Shown: positions 57,528 through 64,000 of the stretch, in pieces
How the letters are laid out: the number at the start of each line of letters is the position of its first letter
How positions within the stretch are numbered: position 1 is the stretch's first letter
DNA from: Oligoflexales bacterium
GTDB taxonomy: Bacteria > Bdellovibrionota_B > Oligoflexia > Oligoflexales > RGVZ01
DNA: 64,000 nt
Assembly (NCBI GenBank): GCA_947445775.1
Contig: CANFEB010000009.1
Span: forward strand, 403 to 64,402
Direction of reading: 5' to 3'
Program-made: the position numbers and the translations under genes
The notes under the pieces: generated by a model
Told to the model about the DNA's origin: nothing
Seen by the model: only the letters and a program-made list of their open reading frames with translations
Database searches by the model: none

Positions 57528-57752
57528 TTACTTGCGTTTCGCCGAAGTCTTAGCCACAGGTGTCCGTAACGTCAACAAACGGGCCAAGCTGCGCTTTAAT
57601 CCACGAATGCGTCCAGCGGCGCGAGCTGCCGGATTGTAGATGTCCATACGGGCATCGTGAAGGGCGCGCCGGACTTGTTGCTCCAGCTCTACCGACTTAA
57701 CGACGTCAAGACCGCGAATTTCTTCAGATTTTATTTTATGCAAATCCATCAC
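57528..57752 (-). CDS. rpmC: 50S ribosomal protein L29
   Basis: 74 aa, coiled helical protein between rplP and rpsQ (…EEIRGL…LEQQVRRALHDARM…). Confidence 0.9.
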   Translation of the reverse strand: MMDLHKIKSEEIRGLDVVKSVELEQQVRRALHDARMDIYNPAARAAGRIRGLKRSLARLLTLRTPVAKTSAKRK

Positions 57753-57758
57753 TCAACC

Positions 57759-58181
57759 TTATGCCCAAGGGTCTTCTGACCGGAGGATTAACTTTGTTTT
57801 GATCGAGAGTTTGGAAGCTGCGAGGGTCAATGCCTCCTCAGCAACAGCCTTCTCAACGCCCTGCATCTCATAAAGGATTCTGCCCGGTTTTACAACCGCA
57901 ACGTAGTACTCCACACCACCTTTTCCGCTACCCATCCGGGTTTCGGCAGGTTTCTTGGTGATCGGCTTGCTTGGAAAGATCTTAATCCAAACAAATCCAC
58001 CTCTTTTGCAGTGGCGGGTCATGGCGATTCGGGCTGCCTCAATCTGGCGAGCCGTAACCTTACCGCTTTCAACAGCCATCAGACCATAGTCGCCCTTGGT
58101 CAGCTCGGTGCCAGCCTTGGCTTTTCCCTTGACGCGGCCCTTGTGGCACTTCCGGTATTTCATTCTCTTTGGAGCTAGCAT
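57759..58181 (-). CDS. rplP: 50S ribosomal protein L16
   Basis: [19 protein letters not shown]…[14 protein letters not shown]. Confidence 0.97.
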   Translation of the reverse strand: MLAPKRMKYRKCHKGRVKGKAKAGTELTKGDYGLMAVESGKVTARQIEAARIAMTRHCKRGGFVWIKIFPSKPITKKPAETRMGSGKGGVEYYVAVVKPGRILYEMQGVEKAVAEEALTLAASKLSIKTKLILRSEDPWA

Positions 58182-58214
58182 GTTTCAGTCCTTGCTCGTC
58201 GGTCTCTACCGTTT

Positions 58215-58877
58215 TTAGTTCTGCTTAACGCTTGCTTCTTCGCGGGTGAGAACTTCACCCTTGAAGATCCAGACTTTAACGCCGATCAAACCAAACGTCG
58301 TCAAGGCTTCCGCCGTGCCGTAGTCAATGTCTGCGCGTATTGTATGCAGCGGAACACGGCCTTCCATGTAGCGCTCCATCCTGGACATGTCGGCGCCGCC
58401 GAGGCGTCCACATAACTGAATCTTGATTCCTTTTGCCCCGGCCTTCATTGTCTGGCCGAGCGACTTCTTCATCGCGCGACGGAACGAAACCCGACGCTCG
58501 AGTTGTTCGCGAATGCTCTCCGCAACCAATTTGGCATCCAGATCTGGCTTCTTCACTTCGAAGACGTTCAAAGAAGGATCACCTGAAGTGATCTTGCAGT
58601 GACGCACCAGTTCGTCCTTTAGGCTTTCGGCGCCAGCACCTTTTTTCCCGATGATGATGCCGGGGCGGCTGCTGTGGATATTGATCTTGAGGTTCTTGGC
58701 TGCACGCTCAATCTCAACGACTGAAACGCCGGCGGCCTTAAACTTCTTTTCGATGTATCCGCGGATCCGGATGTCTTCCTGCAAGAACTTTGCGTACTCG
58801 TGCTTGGAATACCAGCGCGAGCTCCAGTTCTTGATAACACCGAGACGGAAACCGATTGGGTGAACTTTCTGTCCCAC
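58215..58877 (-). CDS. rpsC: 30S ribosomal protein S3
   Basis: [23 protein letters not shown]… with KH and S3-C domains. Confidence 0.97.
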   Translation of the reverse strand: MGQKVHPIGFRLGVIKNWSSRWYSKHEYAKFLQEDIRIRGYIEKKFKAAGVSVVEIERAAKNLKINIHSSRPGIIIGKKGAGAESLKDELVRHCKITSGDPSLNVFEVKKPDLDAKLVAESIREQLERRVSFRRAMKKSLGQTMKAGAKGIKIQLCGRLGGADMSRMERYMEGRVPLHTIRADIDYGTAEALTTFGLIGVKVWIFKGEVLTREEASVKQN

Positions 58878-58890
58878 GAAGTACCTTCCT

Positions 58891-59229
58891 TTAGATTTCT
58901 TTGAGCTTCATCGTGATGTGTGACGTGCGCTTGCGAATGGGCGTTGCACGACCTTGGGCGCGTGGCATGAAGCGCTTTAGCACTGCCCCGCCGTCCACCA
59001 TCAACTCACTGATGACCAACCGATCCACATCCACTGTTGCTTTCGACGTTGCATTGGCAATTGCAGATGTCAGAAGACCTGACACCACAGGAGCCGACCG
59101 CTTGGTCGTCAGTTTCAGAAGATCCAGGGCATCCTGGACACGCTTACCACGAACGAGGTCTGCCACCAGGCGGACCTTGCGCGGGGAAATGCGAACGTTT
59201 TTCAGAACTGCTTTGTACTGTTCAGACAT
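58891..59229 (-). CDS. rplV: 50S ribosomal protein L22
   Basis: …[27 protein letters not shown]…. Confidence 0.96.
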   Translation of the reverse strand: MSEQYKAVLKNVRISPRKVRLVADLVRGKRVQDALDLLKLTTKRSAPVVSGLLTSAIANATSKATVDVDRLVISELMVDGGAVLKRFMPRAQGRATPIRKRTSHITMKLKEI

Positions 59230-59241
59230 GTCCTGTCAACC

Positions 59242-59550
59242 TCATGCGCCTGGCTTACCAGCGCCTGGCTTAGCTGCGCCGGGTTTGGCGCCTTTTTTAT
59301 CATCACCGTGACCATGGAAGGTTCGCGTCTGGGAAAATTCACCCAGCTTGTGACCAACCATGTTCTCAGTGACGAAAACCGGAATGAATTTATTACCATT
59401 ATGAACCGCAAACGTCAGCCCGACAAAATCAGGCAAAATCGTGGAACGCCTGCTCCAGGTTTTAATCGGTTTGCGGTCTTGACGGGCCTTTTCAGCTTTA
59501 TTGAAAAGATACCCGTCGACAAATGGACCTTTTTTAATTGAACGCGCCAT
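59242..59550 (-). CDS. rpsS: 30S ribosomal protein S19 (with short repetitive C-terminal tail)
   Basis: [12 protein letters not shown]…[24 protein letters not shown]…, then [16 protein letters not shown]. Confidence 0.96.
   Translation of the reverse strand: MARSIKKGPFVDGYLFNKAEKARQDRKPIKTWSRRSTILPDFVGLTFAVHNGNKFIPVFVTENMVGHKLGEFSQTRTFHGHGDDKKGAKPGAAKPGAGKPGA
59245..59289. repeat. Imperfect 15-bp tandem repeat x3 at the 3' end of rpsS
   Basis: tgcgcctggcttacc / agcgcctggcttagc / tgcgccgggtttggc on the plus strand, encoding (G/A)(A/G)KPG x3. Confidence 0.85.
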
Positions 59551-59575
59551 CGGGGACTTTCTCCTATTCGTTCAA

Positions 59576-60403
59576 CTATTTTTGACGACGATCGCGAATA
59601 ATATCTTTCGCGGTACGCTTATTCTTACGAGTCTTGAAGCCCTTCGCCGGCTGAGCCCAGGGGCTAACCGGGTGACGACCGCCTTTTGCGCGACCTTCGC
59701 CACCACCGTGAGGGTGGTCGCAAGGGTTCATCGTCATACCGCGAACGGTAGGACGGATACCCATCCAGCGACTACGACCAGCTTTGCCAATCGTGACGTT
59801 GAAGTTATCTGGATTGCTGACCTGACCGACCACAGCGAAACAGGTCTCGTTGATCCGGCGCATCTCACCGCTCGGCATACGCAGCTGCGCGTAACCAGCA
59901 AGGCGGCCGATCAATTGAGCGTAAGTCCCTGCACTGCGAGCCATCTGGCCGCCTTTGCCTGGACGCATCTCAATGTTGTGAACGAAAGTACCAAGGGGAA
60001 TGGAGCGCAACGGCATTGCATTGCCCACCTTCACGTCTGCAGATTCAGCGGAAACAATGCTGGCGCCCTTTTTCAAACCTTCCGGAGCCAGAATGTACCG
60101 GCGCTCGCCATCGGCGTAAACAATACGAGCAATAAATGCCGTACGGTTTGGATCATATTCAATGTATTCCACCTTGCCCGAGACATCGCGCTTGTCGCGG
60201 CGGAAATCAATGATGCGGTAGTGCCGACGAACGCCGCCGCCCTGATGCCGGACCATGATACGGCCGGTATTGTTGCGGCCAGAGTGCTTCTTCAAGGAAA
60301 CCAAAAGGGCTGCACACGGCTCGACCTTGTCGAGCACGCTGTAGTCCACAACGGAGGCGCCGCGGCGACCCGGCGTTGTTGGTTTGAGCATTTTAATTGC
60401 CAT
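59576..60403 (-). CDS. rplB: 50S ribosomal protein L2
   Basis: …[16 protein letters not shown]…[14 protein letters not shown]…. Confidence 0.98.
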   Translation of the reverse strand: MAIKMLKPTTPGRRGASVVDYSVLDKVEPCAALLVSLKKHSGRNNTGRIMVRHQGGGVRRHYRIIDFRRDKRDVSGKVEYIEYDPNRTAFIARIVYADGERRYILAPEGLKKGASIVSAESADVKVGNAMPLRSIPLGTFVHNIEMRPGKGGQMARSAGTYAQLIGRLAGYAQLRMPSGEMRRINETCFAVVGQVSNPDNFNVTIGKAGRSRWMGIRPTVRGMTMNPCDHPHGGGEGRAKGGRHPVSPWAQPAKGFKTRKNKRTAKDIIRDRRQK

Positions 60404-60451
60404 AACTCTTTTCCCTCTTCATCCCGCTGGGGCGGAATCTCGTTTCAGCGA

Positions 60452-60739
60452 TTACTGGTCTTCGAACAGCGGAAGTTTTGCTCCAGCCGTCAGGGTCACA
60501 ACAGCCTTCTTGCTCTTGCTATCCAGAGATAGGTGTACACCGCGACGGCGAATCTTGCCGCGGGTTACCATCGTTTGCACTCCGACAACCTTAACACCGT
60601 AAATCTTCTCGACAGCGCGCTGAACGTCTTCTTTCGTCGACTTCAGGGCAACTTCAAAAGTGTACTTGCCGCCGTTTTCGCGGGCAGCGTTACTCTTCTC
60701 AGAGAGAACTGGTTTAACCAGGACGTTATATAGATTCAC
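60452..60739 (-). CDS. rplW: 50S ribosomal protein L23
   Basis: GTG at 60739 (GGAG 7 nt upstream) gives (M)NLYNVLVKPVLSEKS…; overlaps the rplD end by 14 nt. The maximal ORF extends to 60787. Confidence 0.93.
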   Translation of the reverse strand: MNLYNVLVKPVLSEKSNAARENGGKYTFEVALKSTKEDVQRAVEKIYGVKVVGVQTMVTRGKIRRRGVHLSLDSKSKKAVVTLTAGAKLPLFEDQ

Positions 60740-61364
60740 GGGTGTTCTCCTCGAAACGCTGTTGAAGCGAGTTGAGAGCGGTTTCACTGATCACAAGCGT
60801 TTCGTAACGAAGCAAGTGTTCAGCGTTCAACTCACCCGGGGCAACCGATGCTGCGCCGTGGATATTGCGAGTCGACTTGTGAAGCAGGTCGTCCTTGCGT
60901 TCGTCCGACAAAACAGCCTTGGCAATGCCCAGAGCACTCAACGCACCCAAAACATGCTTGGTGCTGTATTTGCTCAGCGCAAAATCAGTGACCACAACCA
61001 GATTGCCATGACGAACCTTGTCCGAAAGGGCGACCTTCAGAGCCAATTGACGAAGCTTCTGGTTCGTTTTTTCACGGTAGTCACGTGGGTGCGGCCCGAA
61101 AACCACTGCGCCACCCGGCATCAGCGGTGAGCGGCTTGTGCCTTGACGTGCCCCGCCCGTGCCTTTTTGCTTGAACGGCTTTTTGCCGCCACCCGCAACA
61201 AAGGAACGAGTCTTGGTGGAGTGGGTGCCCTGGCGACGCGCTGCCTGGTAGCTCTTCACAACCAGATGCAACACATGCTCGTTCATGGGCACGCCGTAGA
61301 TGGCTTCGGGCAGCGTAACTGTCTTTACTGCCTTGCCCTTGATGTCTTTGATTTGAATTTCCAT
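60726..61364 (-). CDS. rplD: 50S ribosomal protein L4
   Basis: …GGGKKPFKQKGTGGARQGTSRSPLMPGGAVVFGP…. Confidence 0.97.
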   Translation of the reverse strand: MEIQIKDIKGKAVKTVTLPEAIYGVPMNEHVLHLVVKSYQAARRQGTHSTKTRSFVAGGGKKPFKQKGTGGARQGTSRSPLMPGGAVVFGPHPRDYREKTNQKLRQLALKVALSDKVRHGNLVVVTDFALSKYSTKHVLGALSALGIAKAVLSDERKDDLLHKSTRNIHGAASVAPGELNAEHLLRYETLVISETALNSLQQRFEENTRESI

Positions 61365-61375
61365 GTTCTGTACCT

Positions 61376-62014
61376 CTAGGCCTTGATCGAAGGCTTAACG
61401 AACAGATAATTGTTCTGATGACCCGGGACGGAACCGTAAACCGCGATCACATTATTCTTTGTATCAACATCCAGAAGACGAAGATTCTGAACGGTGCGCT
61501 GCTCGTCGCCATACTGGCCCGGCTGCGGTTTGCCTTTGAACACGCGCCCCGGCGTAGTGCGGGTACCGAGTGATCCAGGACGACGATGGAAGCGTGATCC
61601 GTGGGTCATGCGACCGCAGGCAGTGCTCCAACGTTTCACGGAACCTGTAAATCCACGCCCCTTCGTGAGACCGGTTACATCAACCGATTTAACACCTTCA
61701 AGGATCGCCGCCGTCAGGCTGGCACCGGCTTCGATGCCTTCAACGGGCTTCTCAGAGCGGAATTCCTTAAAGCGGGCGTAGTTCTCAGCCACATTTACCT
61801 TACGAAGGCGGGTATGGTCAGCCTTGGTTAGGCGGGTATCACGTTTCGTGAAATACCCGACCTGAACTGCGCTGTAGCCATCACGAGCCGGCGTCAAGAT
61901 TTTAGTGACTTTTTGATTTTCGATTTGGAGAAGGGTTACCGCGACCATACGGCCTTCGGGATCCATCATCCGCGTCATTCCAATTTTTTTTGCTACTAAT
62001 GCTTTCACGTTCAT
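61376..62014 (-). CDS. rplC: 50S ribosomal protein L3
   Basis: …KIGMTRM…GKGFTGSVKRW…HGS.FHRRPGS…. Confidence 0.97.
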   Translation of the reverse strand: MNVKALVAKKIGMTRMMDPEGRMVAVTLLQIENQKVTKILTPARDGYSAVQVGYFTKRDTRLTKADHTRLRKVNVAENYARFKEFRSEKPVEGIEAGASLTAAILEGVKSVDVTGLTKGRGFTGSVKRWSTACGRMTHGSRFHRRPGSLGTRTTPGRVFKGKPQPGQYGDEQRTVQNLRLLDVDTKNNVIAVYGSVPGHQNNYLFVKPSIKA

Positions 62015-62090
62015 TCTCGCAACCTGCTATTCAGTTCGTGACTGGAGTCTTTAAGTGATTCTCAGTGACTGATCTATGGACGGGGCTCAT

Positions 62091-62402
62091 TCAGTACAAC
62101 TTGATCTCAACATCCACACCGGATGCAAGGTCGAGCTTCATGAGGGCGTCGATGGTTTGTTGCTTGGGCTCGAGGATATCGAGAACACGCTTATGCGTGC
62201 GTACTTCAAATTGTTCACGGGATTTTTTGTCGACATGCGGACTGCGCAAGACCGTGTAACGGTTGATCGACGTCGGCAATGGAATCGGGCCGGCCACGCG
62301 TGCGCCGGTACGCTTTGCGCGCTCAACGATGTCAGCGGCTGCTTGGTCTAGCAGACGATAATCGTAGCCCCTCAAACGAATTCTAATTTTTTGGTTTTGC
62401 AT
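62091..62402 (-). CDS. rpsJ: 30S ribosomal protein S10
   Basis: ATG at 62402 gives [20 protein letters not shown]…; the ORF-track extension to 62450 is unlikely. Confidence 0.97.
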   Translation of the reverse strand: MQNQKIRIRLRGYDYRLLDQAAADIVERAKRTGARVAGPIPLPTSINRYTVLRSPHVDKKSREQFEVRTHKRVLDILEPKQQTIDALMKLDLASGVDVEIKLY

Positions 62403-62588
62403 ACTGTCGCAACCTACTGCATTCGTTGTTCGTTTACATTTCTGTAACAACTTGCTTGGGTAAGTCGCGCCACGGCCAGAGCGGTCTTTTGCTAAGATTT
62501 ACGACCTTGTTGGTCGCCAAAATTTGCAGAGGCTTTCTCTGTTCGGCGGCATTGGCTTGCTGTGATGCAGGCTTACCCGAGTCGCGAG

Positions 62589-62618
62589 GTTCTAAACTCT
62601 GAAGGCTGAACCTGTCAA
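62589..62618 (-). promoter_or_regulatory. Candidate sigma70 promoter of the S10 operon
   Basis: Minus strand: TTGACA (62618-62613), 18-nt spacer, TAGAAC (62594-62589), about 185 nt upstream of rpsJ. Pattern match only. Confidence 0.35.
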
Positions 62619-62633
62619 GACAAATGAAAGGAA

Positions 62634-63713
62634 TTATTTTGCAACGATTGGCGACATCGCTGCACCGTGGCCTGAAAACCAACGGTCTTGGGCCTTATCG
62701 TTGATTTCGTTGCGTTCTTTAGAAGTCACCCGGGACCATTCCCTATGACCGGCAACGGCCCTGCTCATAAAATCCAAAAGCGCCAAATGCCGCCGGAGGA
62801 TGCGTTGGTACCGGTGACGAATCACCGGATTAAACGCACCGAGCATTGAAAGAAGCTGGCGGGGATTTTTCTTGACCCACAGCCACGACCCTAATTCCAG
62901 CGCGAGGGGCAGGTAGACGCCCCCCCGCTCCTTACTGGCACGCTGCTGATCGTAAAAATAGTCCCAAAGATCCCCGTGAGTTGTGTAGTTCAGGGACTGA
63001 GGCTCCACCTTGTAAATGTGGTTCGGGTAGGTCCGGTCCAGCAAGGTATTGAATTGATAAACTTCGGCCAGCGATGGCATTGGATCTCTGGATTTTGCAT
63101 AAGGAAACCAAATCCGGTCCACCGTACCAAAGCCTGAATGGACGTCCAATGACAGGGCGGCCTTGGCGGGAAATAATTGCTCGCGGACTAGATTTTCAAG
63201 GGCCTGAGCCTCTTTTTCCAAAGCCCCCTCATCTGCCCCGGCCCCGCGGTACCACATCATGAAGGGGCCCAGACGGTGCCCTCCGACAAGTGGAAGCCAG
63301 GAATCATGCGCCGCCTCCACGGGCGCATTACGCATAAGGTCAACGCCGCGCCCATTGGAACGGGTCCGCAGAAGCATTCCTGCAGGATTAACCAAGGGCA
63401 CGATGATCAGGCGGGCTTTCTTGAACAATTCATGCTGGGTGTCGTCCCAGGCCATGTGGCTGAACAGGGTCTTCATGTATCCAATAATAACGTGAGTCCC
63501 GATCCGCTCAAGGCCATGAATGCCCCCAGTCAACAAAAACACCGGGGCCTCCGGGTCTTCCGGCCCCGCCTCGAAACAGTGGATTGGCAGCTCGACTCCA
63601 TGGTGAATCACGGAATCCAAAATACGCACGCGCACGCCGCGGGGCAAATCACCCGCAAGGCGGTCGATTTCAATTAATTCTGGGACGTTTCGGGAGAGCT
63701 GAACCAAATCCAT
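62634..63713 (-). CDS. M14-family zinc carboxypeptidase-like protein (DUF2817/succinylglutamate-desuccinylase-like)
   Basis: GGIHGLERIG (HxxE zinc motif context), NPAG… and DLMRN… spacing, and a later DVHSGFG His are consistent with M14-type metal ligands. Family assignment comes from motif reading. Confidence 0.6.
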   Translation of the reverse strand: MDLVQLSRNVPELIEIDRLAGDLPRGVRVRILDSVIHHGVELPIHCFEAGPEDPEAPVFLLTGGIHGLERIGTHVIIGYMKTLFSHMAWDDTQHELFKKARLIIVPLVNPAGMLLRTRSNGRGVDLMRNAPVEAAHDSWLPLVGGHRLGPFMMWYRGAGADEGALEKEAQALENLVREQLFPAKAALSLDVHSGFGTVDRIWFPYAKSRDPMPSLAEVYQFNTLLDRTYPNHIYKVEPQSLNYTTHGDLWDYFYDQQRASKERGGVYLPLALELGSWLWVKKNPRQLLSMLGAFNPVIRHRYQRILRRHLALLDFMSRAVAGHREWSRVTSKERNEINDKAQDRWFSGHGAAMSPIVAK

Positions 63714-63805
63714 CGAGATCCCTCAGTGCTATTGATAGAAGGATCTTCGGAACAAAGCTCGAAATCTAAAACCTGCCCACTCAAACAACCGGCAATAATC
63801 TCAGT

Positions 63806-64000
63806 TCAGACGATCTGGACGTAATGACCGGTGATTTGATTGTAAGCCTCAGCGGCCAAACTTTTCCTGTCAGATTCGGGCTTTACATGAACTTGGCTAA
63901 GTTTGGTCACGGCCACCCGCATGTTCCCACGCCGGGCCACATTGGCAAGATGATTGAAAAAAGTCATGTCGCCGTACCAACAAATTTCATCGCGATTGTC
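63806..64000 (-). CDS. Hypothetical protein, 3' end only (5' part beyond window edge)
   Basis: Hand translation of the minus strand is open from the window edge to a TGA at 63808-63806 (…CWYGDMTFFNHLANVARRGNMRVAV…HYVQIV). No family recognised. Confidence 0.35.
   Translation of the reverse strand, partial: DNRDEICWYGDMTFFNHLANVARRGNMRVAVTKLSQVHVKPESDRKSLAAEAYNQITGHYVQIV

Noticed and set aside
59501-60532. 343-aa ORF on the plus strand across rplB/rpsS
   Set aside because: It is antisense to the highly conserved L2 gene. Long stop-free antisense frames are common in Gly/Arg-rich ribosomal genes, and there is no start context.
1-64000. Scan for tRNA/rRNA genes, CRISPR arrays, IS/transposase or integrase genes, and toxin-antitoxin or defence islands
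   Set aside because: Intergenic space is minimal; the largest gaps are about 150-230 nt. None of those gaps shows cloverleaf-like or repeat-spacer structure. No translated ORF resembles a transposase, integrase, nuclease or defence-type protein. A tRNAscan/Infernal run would confirm.

Overview
This is a 64-kb, almost gap-free coding window from a Gram-negative bacterial chromosome. LptF/G, SurA, IHF, Mfd, PilB/PilC, a Z-type S14 and a GldAFG-like ABC module hint at a Bdellovibrio/delta-proteobacteria-like lineage, with low confidence. GC looks roughly 50-55% by eye. All calls rest on motif-level reading of the supplied ORF translations; no searches were run.

Gene content, left to right:
- A TesA-like hydrolase with a YbbA/YbbP-like ABC pair.
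- A putative antiporter and two thiol-redox genes.
- An unknown membrane-anchored protein and an aldehyde dehydrogenase.
- A minus-strand block of ihf-like, PduO-type adenosyltransferase, two unknown coupled genes, pilB and pilC.
- trpS and a penicillin-acylase-family gene.
- A GldA/GldF/GldG-like ABC module plus a DUF4340-like gene.
- A minus-strand nuoA-H-J-K-L-M-N cluster followed by lgt-like and EamA genes.
- gpsA and a CinA-like gene.
- A split PuuD-like membrane protein with a cytochrome c.
- trhO and a nitronate-monooxygenase-family gene.
- An operon-like plus-strand run of top6B, top6A, mfd and two parvulin/SurA-like genes.
- An LptF/G permease and a lipoprotein.
- The complete S10-spc-alpha ribosomal protein supercluster on the minus strand (rpsJ to rplQ, with secY, adk, infA, rpmJ and rpoA).
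- An M14-like peptidase gene.

Most notable observations:
- An archaeal-type topoisomerase VI gene pair sits in a core bacterial context, and its stop overlaps the start of mfd.
- rplX (L24) is absent from its canonical slot between rplN and rplE.
- The nuo cluster encodes only the membrane subunits.
- A PuuD-like protein is split from its cytochrome c.
- Two genes carry in-frame 12-bp tandem repeats.

I saw no tRNA, rRNA, CRISPR array, IS element or obvious defence island.
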